This document shows, one piece after another, positions 36,084-49,659 of a stretch of DNA of 64,000 nt (within the stretch, counting starts at the first letter, position 1; each line of letters begins with the position of its first letter). Below the pieces are notes generated by a model that made no database searches, had not been told where the DNA came from, and was given only the letters and a program-made list of their open reading frames with translations. The stretch comes from Heterodontus francisci (taxonomy: Eukaryota). Position numbers and translations under genes: made by a program. The stretch covers positions 20,715,134-20,779,133 of the forward strand of contig NC_090404.1 of the NCBI RefSeq assembly GCF_036365525.1. The letters are read 5' to 3'.

Positions 36084-39049
36084 TGAACTCTGCTTCGCTC
36101 TCCACAGATGCTGCCAGACCTGCTGGGTATTTCCAGCATTTCTTGTTTTTATTTCAGATTTCCAGCATCCGCAGTATTTTGTTTTTAAGCTAATTCTGGA
36201 ATGTTATTTGTATCCTCAATAGTGAAGACCAATGCACAATACCTTTTCATTTCATCTGCCATCTCCTTATTATCCATTATTAATTCCCCATACTCACTTT
36301 CTATAGGATCAACGATCACTTTGATAACTCTTTTCTTTTCCTAAGTATCTATTCAAACTCTTACTATCTATCTTTATATTTCTTGCTAACTTTCCGCTCA
36401 TACTCTATTTTTCTTTTCTTATCAATCTTTTAGTCATTCTTTGCTTTTATATATATATATATATTCTGTCCAATCTTCTGACCTGCCACACATGTTTACG
36501 CAATTATATGCTTTTTCTTTAAGTTTGATACTATTGTTAACTTTTTTTAGTTAACCACTGATGGCGGGTCCTCCCCTTGGAATTTTTCTTTCCCGTTGGA
36601 ATGCATCTATTTTGTGTATCCTGAAATATCTCTTTAAATGTCTGCCACTGCATCTCTATTCACCTATCCCGTAACCTAATTTGCCAGTTCACTTCAGCTA
36701 GCTGTGAATTCATGCCCTCATACTTGACCTTATTTTAGATTAAAATACTAATCTTGGACCCACTCTTCTTTCCCTCAAACTGAATGTAAAATTCAATCAT
36801 ATTACGATCACTGCTACCGAGGGGTGCCTTAACTATGAGGTCATTAATCAATCCTATCTCGTTGCACAATACCAGGTCTAGTATAGCCTGCCCTCTGGTT
36901 GGCTCCACAATGTACTGTTCCAAGAAATTATCCCGAAAACATTCCATGTATTCTTCATCACCGCACAATTCAGCGTTGTAACATTTTCTTGTTTAATTTA
37001 CAGTTCTCTTTCCTATGCTGAGCCAGGCCTTTTACATTTCCATAAGTATCACTTACTTCATGTGGGAGACAGAGTCCGACCTCTGATCTGTTATTAGATA
37101 TCAAGTTTGACTGTTTAATGAAGGGACATCAATACCCCTGCTGGGATTTTGTTTGGATCTTAGGGGTAGGAGACACTCTGAAATGGAAGCGCCCATTCTC
37201 CTACGAATTGTTCACCAATCCATAGGACCACCCCACGGCCTCAACATAGGATCAGAGGAAATGCTGGAGGAAATAGAAAAAATACCATATAGCTCAACTT
37301 CTACTCTTTCCATTGGCAAATTAGGACTACATGCCACCAAACAAAATAAAATCAATCTAACAAATGTCCCCCCTTTTAAAAGGGATACAAACAATAAACA
37401 CCTAAATAAAATAAAAAATGAAACGAATCAAATAAAATGAGGATCTTCAATTCACTATCGGCAATGCACGCCAGTCACTTTTCCATCTCCCATCCTGGTA
37501 GTTTCATGATACAATAATAATGGAGATTTTGACTAATAGCAACATACAATCGCTATAAACTAGTCCACAACAAATTGAGACATGAAGCGAGGAAATCCCC
37601 ACTGGTGGAGTGGTTTAAAAAACATAGGTCCAAAATCACCTGTTCCTCTCACACAATGCCACATTTACCACGTGTCATGTTTCAGACTACTCACGTGCTG
37701 GATAAAACAATGAATGAAGTCTGTCTAATTTGCATTGTAAGAATCAATATTAACTGCTTCCACCGTATCTGTAGGTGTCTGCTCCATAGATTGACCAATC
37801 AGTGAAATATTGATTCAGCTGATTTGCATTCAATTTACCCTGTTCAAACATTGTCCACGTCCCTCTGCTTCTACAGTTCTGGACAAGGTGAAATAACTTA
37901 TCATGCAATGCATTAGCTATTCACTAGGAATCTTTTTTTTTAAACTATCTAATTACCTCCCTGTCTTCTCTTTTGCAATGAGTGTATGCTCAATTTACAT
38001 AATCACTCCTCACAATCCAATCCACCAAATGGTTTCAATCATTCTGGTCATTTTCTTCTGTCCGTTCAATAACTGCAAGATTCTGTGGTGTCCCGAAGAG
38101 CACATGGTAATTGAAGTGCACTTTCAGCAATGATTTGTAAAGTGGCAGAATCAGCTCTCGGTTCAATACTGACTATTTAATGCATCCCAACGTCTGATTG
38201 TTGAGATAGTTTCAATTTATTGTCAATCAGAAGCCACAGATCTTTTTCTTTTCCAATGCATTTTTTCATTTAATTAACAGTGCCTTCCTGGATTTCTTAT
38301 CTTCAAGTGACATGTTTTGCATTTTTCTTCATTGAATACCATCTGTCGCCTGTCTGCCTAAGTATTTAAATTCTACTGTAACTTATCCTGGTCAGTTGTC
38401 CAATCATCGGCTTTGTTTTAGCTGCAAATGTAAGCATTGTTTTGTGAATACTAGTTACTGGCAATTTATAAAAATGGTAAACAGTTTGGGGATCTTACTG
38501 GTAACTACCCCCAATCTTATTACAATCCCTGTATCTCCACCTTTGGGAATCTATCGATCAACCGATTAAAAATCACTTGCAATTTTTTCCACTTCTTCCA
38601 GCTATATTTCTTTTCAATCCCATCCTTTCCAAAGGAACTGTATAAAAGGCCTACAGGAATCCAAGTTTAGAACATCCACTGCCTTGCACCTCTGAAGCTC
38701 TTTTGTCACATGCCCAAAGCAAACGAGTCAACTAGATAAAGGAGGCCACCATTTCATAAACACATATTGGCTATAATTTAAGTTTGTATTTCTATCCAGA
38801 TCCTCCATAATATTACCTTTCATGGCCACTTTACCTACAATGGACTTAACTCACTGGTCTCTCTTTTCCTGCGTTACGTTTGCAAGCGTAATTTTCAGCA
38901 ATATGCACAGCATCTGCGTTTCTCTGGTCCCTGGGAACCTCTCTAGTCTTCAATCCTAGATTTATGACCGATGTCCTACTATTTTCTCCATTGTTTCCAT
39001 AAATATCCTCGAATGCCCCACATCTGGGTCGAAGATTGGTTCATCAAAA

Positions 39050-39560
39050 TACAAGAAATAGGAGCAGGAGTAGCCTATTCGACCCCTCGAGCCTGCTCCA
39101 CCGTTCAATAAGATCATGGTTTATCTGATTGTGCCTTTAACTCCACTTTCCGGCCTGCCACATAACTCTTCATTCCCTTGAAGATCAGAAATATGTCTAA
39201 CTTGGCTTTGACTATACTCAATGACCCAGTCTCGACTGCTCACGTGGAAAGAGGATTCCAAAGATTAACTACATTCTTAGAGAGGAAATTTTTCCTTATC
39301 TCCGTCTTAAAAACAGACCCCTTATTTTGAAACTGTGCCCGCAGTTCTAGACTCCCTCACATGGGTAAACATTCTCTTAGAATCTACAATGTGAAGCCCC
39401 CTTCAGGATCTTGTATGTTTCAATAATATCACCTCTTCTAAACTCCAATGAGTACTGACGTAACCTGCTCAACTTTCATTCAGAAGACAATACCAGGAAT
39501 CAGCCTAATGAACCTTCTTTGAACTGCTTCCAATACAAATATATACTTCTTAAGTGAGGA
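39050..39560 (-). mobile_element. CR1 3' end
   Basis: GGAGCAGGAGTAGCCTATTCGACCC-type terminus, as in other minus-strand CR1 copies. Confidence 0.75.
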
Positions 39561-39609
39561 GAAAATATCATCTTCTGATGTTTCCACAGCTGTTCGTCAA
39601 ACATTGCTA

Positions 39610-40551
39610 GTCTGATTAGTAAGTTTGTGGACGACACAAAGGTTGGTGGAGTTGTGGATAGTGATGAGGATTGTCAGAGGATACAGCAGGATATAGATCG
39701 GTTGGAGACTTGGGCGGAGAAATGGCAGATGGAGCTTAATCTGGACAAATGTGAGGTAACACATTTTGGAAGGTCTAATGCAGGTGGGAAGTATACAGTA
39801 AATGGCAGAACCCTTAAGAGTATTGACAGGCAGAGAGATCTGGGCGTACAGATCCACAGGTCACTGAAAGTTGAAACACAGGTGGATAAGGTAGTCAAGA
39901 AGGCATACAGCATGTTTGCCTTCATCAGTCGGGGCATAGAGTATAAAAATTGGCAAGTCATGCTGCAGCTGTACAGAACCTTAGTTAGGCCACACTTAGA
40001 ATATTGCGTGCAATTCTGGTCGCCACACTACCAGAAGGACTTGGAGGCTTTGGAGAGGGTACAGAAGAGGTTTACCAGGATGTTGCCTGGTCTGGAGGGC
40101 ATTAGCTTTGAGGAGAGGTTGGATAAACTCGGATTGTTTTCACTGGAACAACGGAGGTGGAGGAGCGACATGATAGAGGTTTACAAAGTTATGAACGGCA
40201 TGGACAGAGTGGATAGTCAGAAGCTTTTTCCTAGGGTGGAAGAGGCAGTTACTAGGGTACACAGGTTTAAGGTGCGAGGGGCAAAGTTTAGAGGGGATGT
40301 GCGAGGCAGGTTCTTTACACAGAGGGTGGTGAGTGCCTGGAACTTGCTGCCGGGAGAGGTGGTGGAAGCAGATACGAAAGCGACGTTTAAGAGGCATCTT
40401 GACAAATACATGAATAGGAAGGGAATAGAGGGATACAGTCCCCGGAAGTGCAGAAGGTTTTAGTTTAGGCAGGCATCAAGATTGGCACAGGCTTGGAGGG
40501 CCGAATGGCTTGTTCCTGTGCTGTACTGTTCTTTGTTCTTTGTTCTTTGTT
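39610..40551 (+). mobile_element. 5'-truncated CR1 (open RT C-terminal frame 39627-40463)
   Basis: DDTKVGG...RPHLEYCVQFWSP; (TTCTTTG)n tail. Confidence 0.9.
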
Positions 40552-42098
40552 CATGCTGGTGGTAATGCAAACAATATCGCAACCGACCTCTGAAACATCT
40601 TGTAGCTCCAATTTCCATAAGAAATTGAAATATTACCCATTCCCCCTTTGGTAGAAACTGAGGCCAAAAGACACATATTTAGCATCATTGCATCCTGTGT
40701 AGCATCAGTTGTCATGCTCTCACCGGATCTCATTTTCAGAAGTCACATTCCAGCCATAGTTTTACTTTTTTCTCCGAATTGAACTAAAAAAATACATTAG
40801 CCTTCCATTCTCTTGCCAGATTCAACTTCAATTTTGTCATTGTTATCTTGATTCCATTTTTACTCTCCAAGCATGATGTTTGGTATTGCATCCATCTGCA
40901 TTACTTACCATGCCAACTAATAGCATCGTCAGCAAACTTGGGTATAAGTTTTCCTGTCCCTTCATCTCCACGCATGGCTTTTGTTACTGAATCCATCTTA
41001 ATTCTGTCTCACTTTTCTTCATGAAATTAAATGCTTTATTTCTTTCGGAGAACTCCTGGCTGCATAGCTTTCAGAAACACAGCAGCGGAGCAATTTCCCC
41101 ACTACCTCAAGGTACAGTCACTCGGGAGAGGCATATTTGTTGGCGGAAGCACAGATTCATTAATAACATCACATAATTAAGTAATTGACTGCAAGTTTTC
41201 AACCACCTATTGACTTGCATTCTAAAAACATAAATACTTGCATTGAATTCAGACCATATGGGATTAAATTGAATTTGTTTTCACAGCTGCGGGGAAACCT
41301 ATCAATGTCATTGTAAAGGAGGAGGGGGTAGAGTAATTACATAGGGTTAAAATAGGGTAATAAGTTAGGAGTGCTCAAAGTAGAGGAGTTAACCGAGCCG
41401 AATGGAATGGATCTTAAATTAGTGAAGAGAGTAAGGGTGGAAATAACGAAGGCTCTGGCAACAACTTTTCAATCTTGTTTGGACATAAGAGAGGTGCCAG
41501 AGGACTGAAGGATGGACAGTGTTACACCGCTGTTAAAAGAAGGGGACTGGCATAAACCCGGTAATTTAGGCCAGATAGATTAACAACAGTAGCAGGAAAT
41601 GTTCTAGCAAACAAGCACCAAAGCAAAATTAATTGTCATTTGAAACATCATGGGTTAATAAATGATGGCCAGCAGGGATATGTAAAAAGCAAATTGTGTC
41701 TGACAAGCTTGATTGAATACTTTCACGAAATGATGAAGAGGATGGGAGTAGTGGTGGACGATTGTATTTCATGCTGGAAGAAAGTACAGTGGTGTCACTC
41801 AAGGGCCGATATTAAGGCCATTGCTCTTTTGATGTATGCTAATTACCCAGACTCGGGTATCCAGGGCATTATTTCAAAGCTTATGTGTAACGCAAAACTT
41901 GGAAATTGAGTGAACGGTGAGGAGGATAGTAGCAGACTTCAGGACAACATAGATAGACTGGTGAAATGAGAAGATGCATGGCAGACGGAATTTAATTCAG
42001 AGAAGCGTGGCGTGATGCATTTTGGTAGGAAAAGTTAGGAGGGACAACGTTGCAAAAATATTGCAGTTCTAAAAGGGACTTCGGAATGCATAGACCTT

Positions 42099-42649
42099 TT
42101 CTTTTTCTTTGGCCTCCTTATCTCAAGAGACAATGGGTAAGCGCCTGGAGGTGGTCAGTGGTTTGTGGAGCAGCGCCTGGAGTGGCTATAAAGGCCAATT
42201 CTAGAGTGACAGACTCTTCCACAGGTGCTGCAGAAAAATTTGATTGTCGGGGCTGTTACACAGTTGGCTCTTCCCTTGCACCTCTGTCTTTTTTCCTGCC
42301 AACTGCTGAGTCTCTTCGACTCACCACACTTTAGCCCCACCTTCATGGCTGTCCGCCAGCTCTGGCGAATGCTGGCAACGGACTCCCACGACTTGTGATC
42401 AATGTCACACGATTTCATGTCGCGTTTGCAGATGTCTTTAAAGCAGAGACATGGACGGCCGGTGGGTCTGATACCAGTGACGAGCTCGCTGTACAATGTG
42501 TCTTTGGGGATCCTGCCATCTTCCATGCGGCTCACATGGCCAAGCCATCTCAAGCGCCGCTGACTCAGTAGTGTGTATAAGCTGGGAATGTTGGCCACCT
42601 CGAGGACTTCTGTGTTGGAGATACAGTCCTGCCACCTGATGCCAAGTAT
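42099..42649 (-). mobile_element. 5'-truncated RTE-clade LINE
   Basis: QRRLRWLGHVSRMEDGRIPKD...GRP and C-terminal CxxC...HxxxC; TSD ATAGACCTT. Confidence 0.9.
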
Positions 42650-42710
42650 ATAGACCTTAGAGTGCATGTATATCAAGTTTTGAAGGAGCCGGACATGTTG
42701 ATAAGGCTAT

Positions 42711-43115
42711 TGTTAAGACCGAGGTGGGAGGAGTGTGCTGTCAATTCAGTCCCACTTCTCCACAGGGCACAACACATCAATGAATTTTTCCACTAACCGA
42801 AATAACCAATTAGATGCTCTATTTGTCCCAAGGATAAAGCACACCAAATGAATAAAAATAAAAGACTGAGACTGCAAATATCTGGAAGGAAGTTCATTGT
42901 TTTGGCGAGATGTCCCAAAGTTGAATAATTGGATTCCACTCGGAATCTTTCCAGGCGAGGTCGATAAACAGTCTGTTTGGGTAGGCGTTCAGAGAAATTC
43001 AACTACAGAAGGCTTCACATTGGTCTTCCATCTAGTATCAGCAACACGGATATTCTTAGGCCTTATACGTTTGATGCAAAGTCATTTTCTTACAATGCAA
43101 GATTTCTGCAACCAT
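42711..43115 (-). mobile_element. Partial LTR of the same family as 45295-46180
   Basis: Reverse complement of 45595-45840 and 46060-46180; ends ...TCTTAACA. Confidence 0.8.
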
Positions 43116-44469
43116 TTCATGACCACAAGACATCCCAAAGTGCTTTATGGTAAATGAAGTACATTTGAAGTGTATTAACCCTTTGTAATGTAGGAAATTC
43201 AATAGCAAATTTGCAGACAGCAAGCTCCCAGAAACGACAAGGTGATAATGACTAGGCTTTAGTGTTTCGGTGTTGCACCAAGGAATCGTACAAGAGTAGG
43301 GAAACGTAATAATAGAAAAAACTTGAAGGCTTTGTATCCGAATGCACAAAGCATTCGGAATAAAATAAATGAGTCAACAATGCAAATAGAGACAAATGGG
43401 TATGATCTGGTGGCAATTAGAGTCATAGAGTCGTACAGCATAGAAACAGGCCCTTCGGCCCACTGCGTCCATGCCGACCATAATGCCTATCTATACTAAT
43501 CTCACCTGCCTGCATTAATTCCATTACTGAGACGTGGTTGCAGGGAAACCAGGTTTGGGAATTGAATATCCAAGGGTACTCAGTTAAGTGAATCATATGG
43601 GTTTTTATGACTCTCCAGTAGTTCCATGGCCAGTTATTAATACTAGATTGTTTTAATACCAGATTTATTTACTTATTTAATTAAGGACAACAGAAAGGGT
43701 AGATAAGTAGAAACTATTTTCGCTGGTTGGGGAATCTAGGACAAAGAGGCATAGTCGAACGATTATAGACAGATCCTTCATGAGTGAAATTAGGAAACAC
43801 TTCTACACACGCAGGGTGTTAGAAGTTAGGAACTCGGTTCTGCAAATGGCAATTGCTGCTAGATCGATTGCTAAATTTAAATTTCAGATTGGTAGATTTT
43901 TACTAACAAAAAAAGGTATTGAGTGATATGAAGCAAAGGTGGGTATATTGACTTAGGTCGCAAAGCAGCCACGAGCTCATTGAATGGCGGAACATTCTCG
44001 AAGGGCTAAATGACTACTCCTGTTCCTATGTTTTTAACTGAATGCAAATTCCCCTGCTGTTATGGCGAAGATTGAACGCACATCTGGATCGTTAAGACAA
44101 GTCACAATAGTCCTGTGACATAGTCACTATGCTCACTGACCCTGACATAATTCTATCCCTCAAAGAGCTATTGAGACTTGGGGCCAATTAATTGGTAGTT
44201 TTGTTCAGGAGGGCAATTAAAGGTTAAAGAACTAAGGTGGGTAGATGGAGATAAAATACAGGGGATCCATGATCTATTTGAATGACAGGGCAGGCACGAG
44301 GGGTTGAATGGCCGGCTGCTATTATTATGTTTCTTCCAATGAGTCAGCTTCTTCAGTAGTGGAGAGAGCACAGGTCCAGTCAAAGTACAACTGAACCCAG
44401 CCCGATTCAGTACTTTCAGCCGAGGAGAAAGAAGCAAAATAGTCAGTGTAGAATGGAACCGATCATAAA

Positions 44470-44932
44470 GGAAAAATCTTTGTCAGTTCTGTCAGTTGGA
44501 AAGCGATTTAGAATGGCAATGTGACTGGAAAAGCAGCGAGACACAGTATCTCAGTGAGAGTGTTCCAATGCTCTCACTGTGGAAGGAGCTTCAACCAGTT
44601 GCACAACCAGAAGAAAGCATTATATCACAGAGGGGAGAAACCGTACACATGTCCTGTGTGTGGACGAGATTTCAACTGATTGTCGAATCTGGAGAGACAC
44701 AAGGACACTTGCACCAAGGACAACCCGTGGAAATGTTGGGATTATAGGAAGAGATTTCAATGCATGTCTGAGCTGTAAATCCAGGAGAGGCCGTTCCCTT
44801 GCTCCATTTGTGGGAAATGATTTAACCAGCCCTCCCATCTGTTCATATACCTCTCAAGGGAAAGGGCCATTTAAATGCTCCATGCGTGGTAAGGGATTAA
44901 ATCACTCAAAACAATTGCTGAAACATCAGTGA
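44470..44932 (+). pseudogene. C2H2 zinc-finger array pseudogene
   Basis: FQCSHCGRSFNQ...RGEKPYTCPVCGRDFN*LSNLERH, ERPFPCSICGK*FNQ and KGPFKCSMRGKGLNHSKQLLKHQ; contains stops and frameshifts. Confidence 0.85.
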
Positions 44933-45294
44933 ATCTACATGACTGGAGGGGTTGAATCAGTTGTTATTGACAATGTTAGGCACATCCAGGACTGTTTAAT
45001 AGTCTGGATGAATGTCAAATAAAGCAAATGTTAATGGATGACGTTTAATCTTGTCATTAAAAAACCTAATCAGTGATTATAAATGTTTAGCATGGCTTCA
45101 TTGTTTTTGTGTTCTATGCTGCTATTTATAAAGCTCGCATTCCTGAATCCATTTTAACAGTGTTTCGAGGATTTCCTTTTTTTGTGTTAAAACTTGGGAA
45201 TCGATATTTTTTTAAAAACTGAAAAGGCTTTCAGTTACATTGATTCATCTGGAATTTTCGGAGAGATTTCAGAACTTTTTGGCTTTGGACAGTG

Positions 45295-48200
45295 TGTAAT
45301 GTACACAGACTGCAAGGTACCTATTTCCAAACAACATGGCAGGGGAGTGACAAGCCAAGATTTATGATTGTTATGTGTCTTGATTGTTGAAGTTTAGTTT
45401 CACTTTGGGATTGTGAAACAGTCAGTTGTTGCCTGGAGAGGAGAAAACTGCCCACCTTTCTCTTTGAAAAGAAATCCTCCATTTGCTGAGAAGAAACCCT
45501 GTGTTTCAAATGTGGCAGATTCCTATTGCCTCCTGTCTCTGAAGAATCCTGCATCAAACTGTACTGTTGCGTCGTGTGTTTTAAGAAGTCCTGAATGGTT
45601 GCAGAAACCTTGCATCTTAAAAAAAGACTTTGCATCAAATATGTAAGATCTAAGAAGATCCTTGTTGCTGATACTAGGTAGAAGACCTATGTGAAGCCTT
45701 CTGTAGTTGAATTTCTCTGAATACGTAACCAAACAGACTATTTATTGACCTCGCCTGGAAAGACTCCGAGTGGCATCCAAATATTCGACTTTGGGACACC
45801 TCGCCAAAACAAAAACTTCCTTCCAGATCTTTGCAGTCTAAATCATTGTGGTTTTAGCTTTTTGATTTCCTTTGAAACTGTTGTAAACAAGAATCCCTTT
45901 TCCCCGGTTAACCGGTTTTTGGGTGAATGTGTGTGAGGACGAGGAAATAAATAATACGGGGCATGAATAATTCAATTTGCGAATATATTTACTTCATTAT
46001 TGGTTAAGACTTGGTTTTATAATAAGTAGATAATTGTGTTGCTTATCAGAGAACCCTGGTTGGTGTGCTTTATTCTTGGGGCAAATAGAGCATCTAATTG
46101 GTTATTTCGGTAAGTGGCAACATTTGTTGATGTGTTGTGCCCTGTGGAGAAGTGGCACTGACTTGACAGTCCACTACTGCGGTTGAATTAGCTAAAATTC
46201 AATTACAACTGAAAAAAACTTGAGCAGGAACAGGAATTGGCAAAACTTAAGCTTCAACAATAAATGCAAAAAAGAAATAGCAGTAAGAAGACTTGGACAG
46301 GAAAAAGAAACAGAAAACCCTAAATTTGAGTTTGGACAAATGTGAAAATGAAAAAACCTTGCATTTGAGGGCAAGGAGAAGGAAAGAGCAAGACAAAGAG
46401 AGGGAAAGGAATGCAAATTAAGGGAGATGGAACTAAGACAACGGGGTGATCTTGACTCCAGGGAGAATTCTGGTCAGGAAGATTCTGAGTCCGGCCAGGA
46501 CCCAGCAAAAAGCTGTTTAAATTTTTATAAGCCGTCCCTATGTTTGAGGAAAGGGATGAAGAGGCATTTTTCATTTCTTTTGAAAAGATAGCCAAACAAA
46601 TGAAATAGCCAAAGGAAAGCTGGACACTGCTTATGCCAAGCAGATTGATGGGCAGATCTCAGGAAGTTTGTGTCATGCTTTTTGAGGAGGCTTCTGCAGA
46701 ATATGAGATGGCAAAAAGGCTATTCTCGCTGCGTATGAGTTAGTCCCTGAAGTTTACCGACAGACGTTTCAGAAGCTCCGGAGATTGGCTGGGCAGACGT
46801 ATATAGAATTTGAGAGGGTAACGCAAATTAATTTTGATCATTGGATACAGCATTAAAGATGGAAGCAAAGTATGAGAAACATAGAGAACTGGTTCTCCCA
46901 GAAAATTTTAAAAAATCATACTGAGAACTTAAACGTTTTCAAGAGTCAGACAGGCAGCGGAAATTGCTGATGATTTTGAGCTTGTGTACACCCCCAAAAA
47001 CCTGAGAGGGGTAGAAGGTGGGAGTGTGAAAGGAAGGCAAGTGGCCGGGGACAAGAAGGGACAGCTGAGAATGCCCTAGGATCACCTCCTCAGGCCATAA
47101 AGGAAGGGGCTGAGGGTAGAATTGAGGTCCACAAGCTGAAGTGTTACCATTGTCACAAGGTGGGACATCTTAATTCTGAATGCTGGAAGTTGGTACCTAA
47201 AGCTAATGCAGAGAAAGGGTTCTGAAGAAGGGTCACTGACCTGAAACGTTAACTCTGCTTCTCTTTCCACAGATGCTGCCAGACCTGCTGAGTATTTCCA
47301 GCATTTCTTGTTTTTATTTCAGATTTCCAGCATCCTCAGTATTTTGCTTTTATTATTGCAGAGAAAGAGGCTCTGACTGAGAGTACAGGAGATCAGGCTG
47401 TAGCTTAGACATCAGCTGCAATTCCTGAAAGTTAAAGTGATTTCTTGACAACAGGAAAAGTAACCCCTGATCCGTCAAGTGAGGCAGGCGAACCTATTGC
47501 TATACTTAGGGATACAGGAGCAAACTGTTTTGCTGGGTAAAGGTATAACATTGCCACCAGCGATCGCACTGAATGCTAAATCTTTAGTGAATGAGATTGG
47601 CAGGGAGTAGATACCCCTACCTTTATATCAGGTGTACCTAGAGTGTGACCGAATGTCTGAGACAGTAACTGTAGGAGTTGTCCATCGTTTGCTGGTAGAT
47701 GGAATTAACCTACTCCGAGGGAATAATTAGGCGAGAACAAAAGTATTAGCTTCTCCCGTAGTCACAGAGAAACCAAGTGAAGTTAAAGAAGCAGAACAGT
47801 TAAAGGAAAAAGTTATAGGAATATTTCCTTCATGCGTAGTAACCTGAGTAATGACTAAACGAGTTCCATTGTTGGTAGCAAAATTGGCACCACAGACAGA
47901 TAACCAAATGTGTGAAACCTTTTTGGGGATTCAGATAATCCAAATGAGAAGTTTAAAAAATTTTCTCGAATCACAGCTCAGCAAACTGATCCAGAATTGA
48001 ATAAAGTGACACAATCAGCTCTAACAGAAGCTGAGGCAAAAGGAGTTCCAGAAGGCTAATCTGTTAAAGATGGGGTTCTGATGAGAAAATGGGGACCGCC
48101 TCATTGACCTGCAGATGAAGAATGGATGGTTGTTTGACAGATAATGGCACCACCTAAGAATCGCTGGGAATTATTAAAGTTAGTGCATGAAATTTCGATA

Positions 48201-48900
48201 GCGCTACATATGGGGATCCGGAAGACCAAATCACGTATGAGTCTACATTGTTATAGCCAAGTCTTCCCAAGGACATGGTGCCGTTTTGTAAAACATGCCA
48301 TACATGCTAGATTGTGGGAAAACCATAACCTGCCATTAAACCAGCACTTCTAATTTCCATACCAGTTATTGGTGAACCATTTAGTAGGGTGTTGGTAGAT
48401 TGCATAGGACACTTACTGAAAACAAAAGAGGGACACCAGTATATACTCACTATCATGGATATGGCTGCTCGATTCCCAGAGGTAATTCCCTTGAGGACAA
48501 TCACTGCCAACGTAGTGGTAGAGAAATTAACCCAATTCATCACTAGATATGGATTACCGATTGAAATTCCATAAGATCACGGATCCAATGTTATGTCTAA
48601 AATGTTTCAAGAAGGTATGGGTAATTTGATTTTCACGCAGTTAAAGTCTTCAGCATATCGGCCACAGACATAGGGAGTTGTACCATCAGAGTCTCAAAAC
48701 AATGATTATAATACACTGAATATCACCATGATTGGAATAAAGGGCTAGATTTTCTTTTATTTGTCAATAGAGATTCATCGAAGGAGTCTACAGGTGTTAG
48801 TCCTTTTGAATTAGTTTATGGGCATGAGATAAGAGGTCCTCTAAAACTAATCCAAGAAAGGTTTTTGGAACATAGGGATGAATCTTCTGCACTAGACTAT
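45295..48900 (+). mobile_element. Gypsy (Gmr1-like) LTR retrotransposon remnant: LTR, gag, protease, integrase
   Basis: LTR from TGTAAT at 45295; gag FFISFEKIAKQM...YELVPEVYRQ; knuckle CYHCHKVGHLNSEC; protease LRDTGA; integrase VLVDCIG...MDMAARFPEVIPL directly after the protease. Confidence 0.85.
47218..47356 (+). mobile_element. Penelope-like terminal fragment with a minimal hammerhead-like motif
   Basis: 11-bp TSD TGCAGAGAAAG; CTGAAGA-stem-GAAACGTT core. Confidence 0.7.
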
Positions 48901-49502
48901 GGCCGGAATTTTATGCCACCGCAGCAGGATGGCCTTCCCGACCCGCTGCCGCCTCTGCCCCACTTTATGTGGGCCGCGGCGGGGGTGGGGGGTAGGGGGG
49001 TTGCGTGTGGGACAAGAAACGGACAACCGGCTCAAGGTCAATCAAGGCCCTTAAGTGGTCATTTAACAGCCCCAGGAGTGCGTCCTGACAAATGGTGCCC
49101 AATTGAGGGCCACTCCTGCTTCCCCAACCATCCCCAGAACTCGAGACTCCGCACTTCCCCCCATTCGACCACCCTTGCCTCGCCTGGGCGCGACCGGCGA
49201 GGCAACCCTAACTTACCTTTAGTCCTGGCTCCATGTCCTCGGCTGGGCTGCAGTCCCAGCAATGGCCACCTCTCCGGGTGGCGCTGCTGGGACTAAGAAC
49301 TGCCAGCCGGATCATTGGCTGGCAGCTCAATGAGGCGAGACTTCCTCCCTCAAGCGGGTGGAAGTCCTGCCTTGGCATAATTAAAGCCCGGGGACCCGTA
49401 AAATGCCAGACGGGGGCCCATAAAGTGTGGGATGGATCTCCGGGCCGGGCGGAAGCGAGTTCACCACCGACTTTTACGTACGCCCGACATAAAATCCAGC
49501 CC
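48901..49502. mobile_element. Harbinger-type MITE
   Basis: Ends GGCCGGAATTTTATG and CATAAAATCCAGCCC, matching the Harbinger TIR consensus at 6330. Confidence 0.75.
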
Positions 49503-49659
49503 TCTCTGTACAATTTAACATTGTCCAGCTGACCACTGGGACAGTTGGCAAAAAAAGAACTCCGGGATCCAAACTGACCCGCATTAGGAACTGAACCAGT
49601 TCTGGCTTTGGTTTCCTTTTGAACTCTCTCCATCCTCTTTATGCAGCCCCGATCAGTGC

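Larger units (their letters stand above)
31545..36958 (-). mobile_element. CR1 LINE in the 3' flank of gene 2, split by an LTR element, a SINE and a Penelope-like end
   Basis: CR1 3' end at 31545-31906 resumes at 35162; RT GVPLGSVLGP/KFGDDTK; endonuclease FLEQYIVEPTRGQAILDLV. Gene-flank homology to 14695+ resumes at ~36960. Confidence 0.85.
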
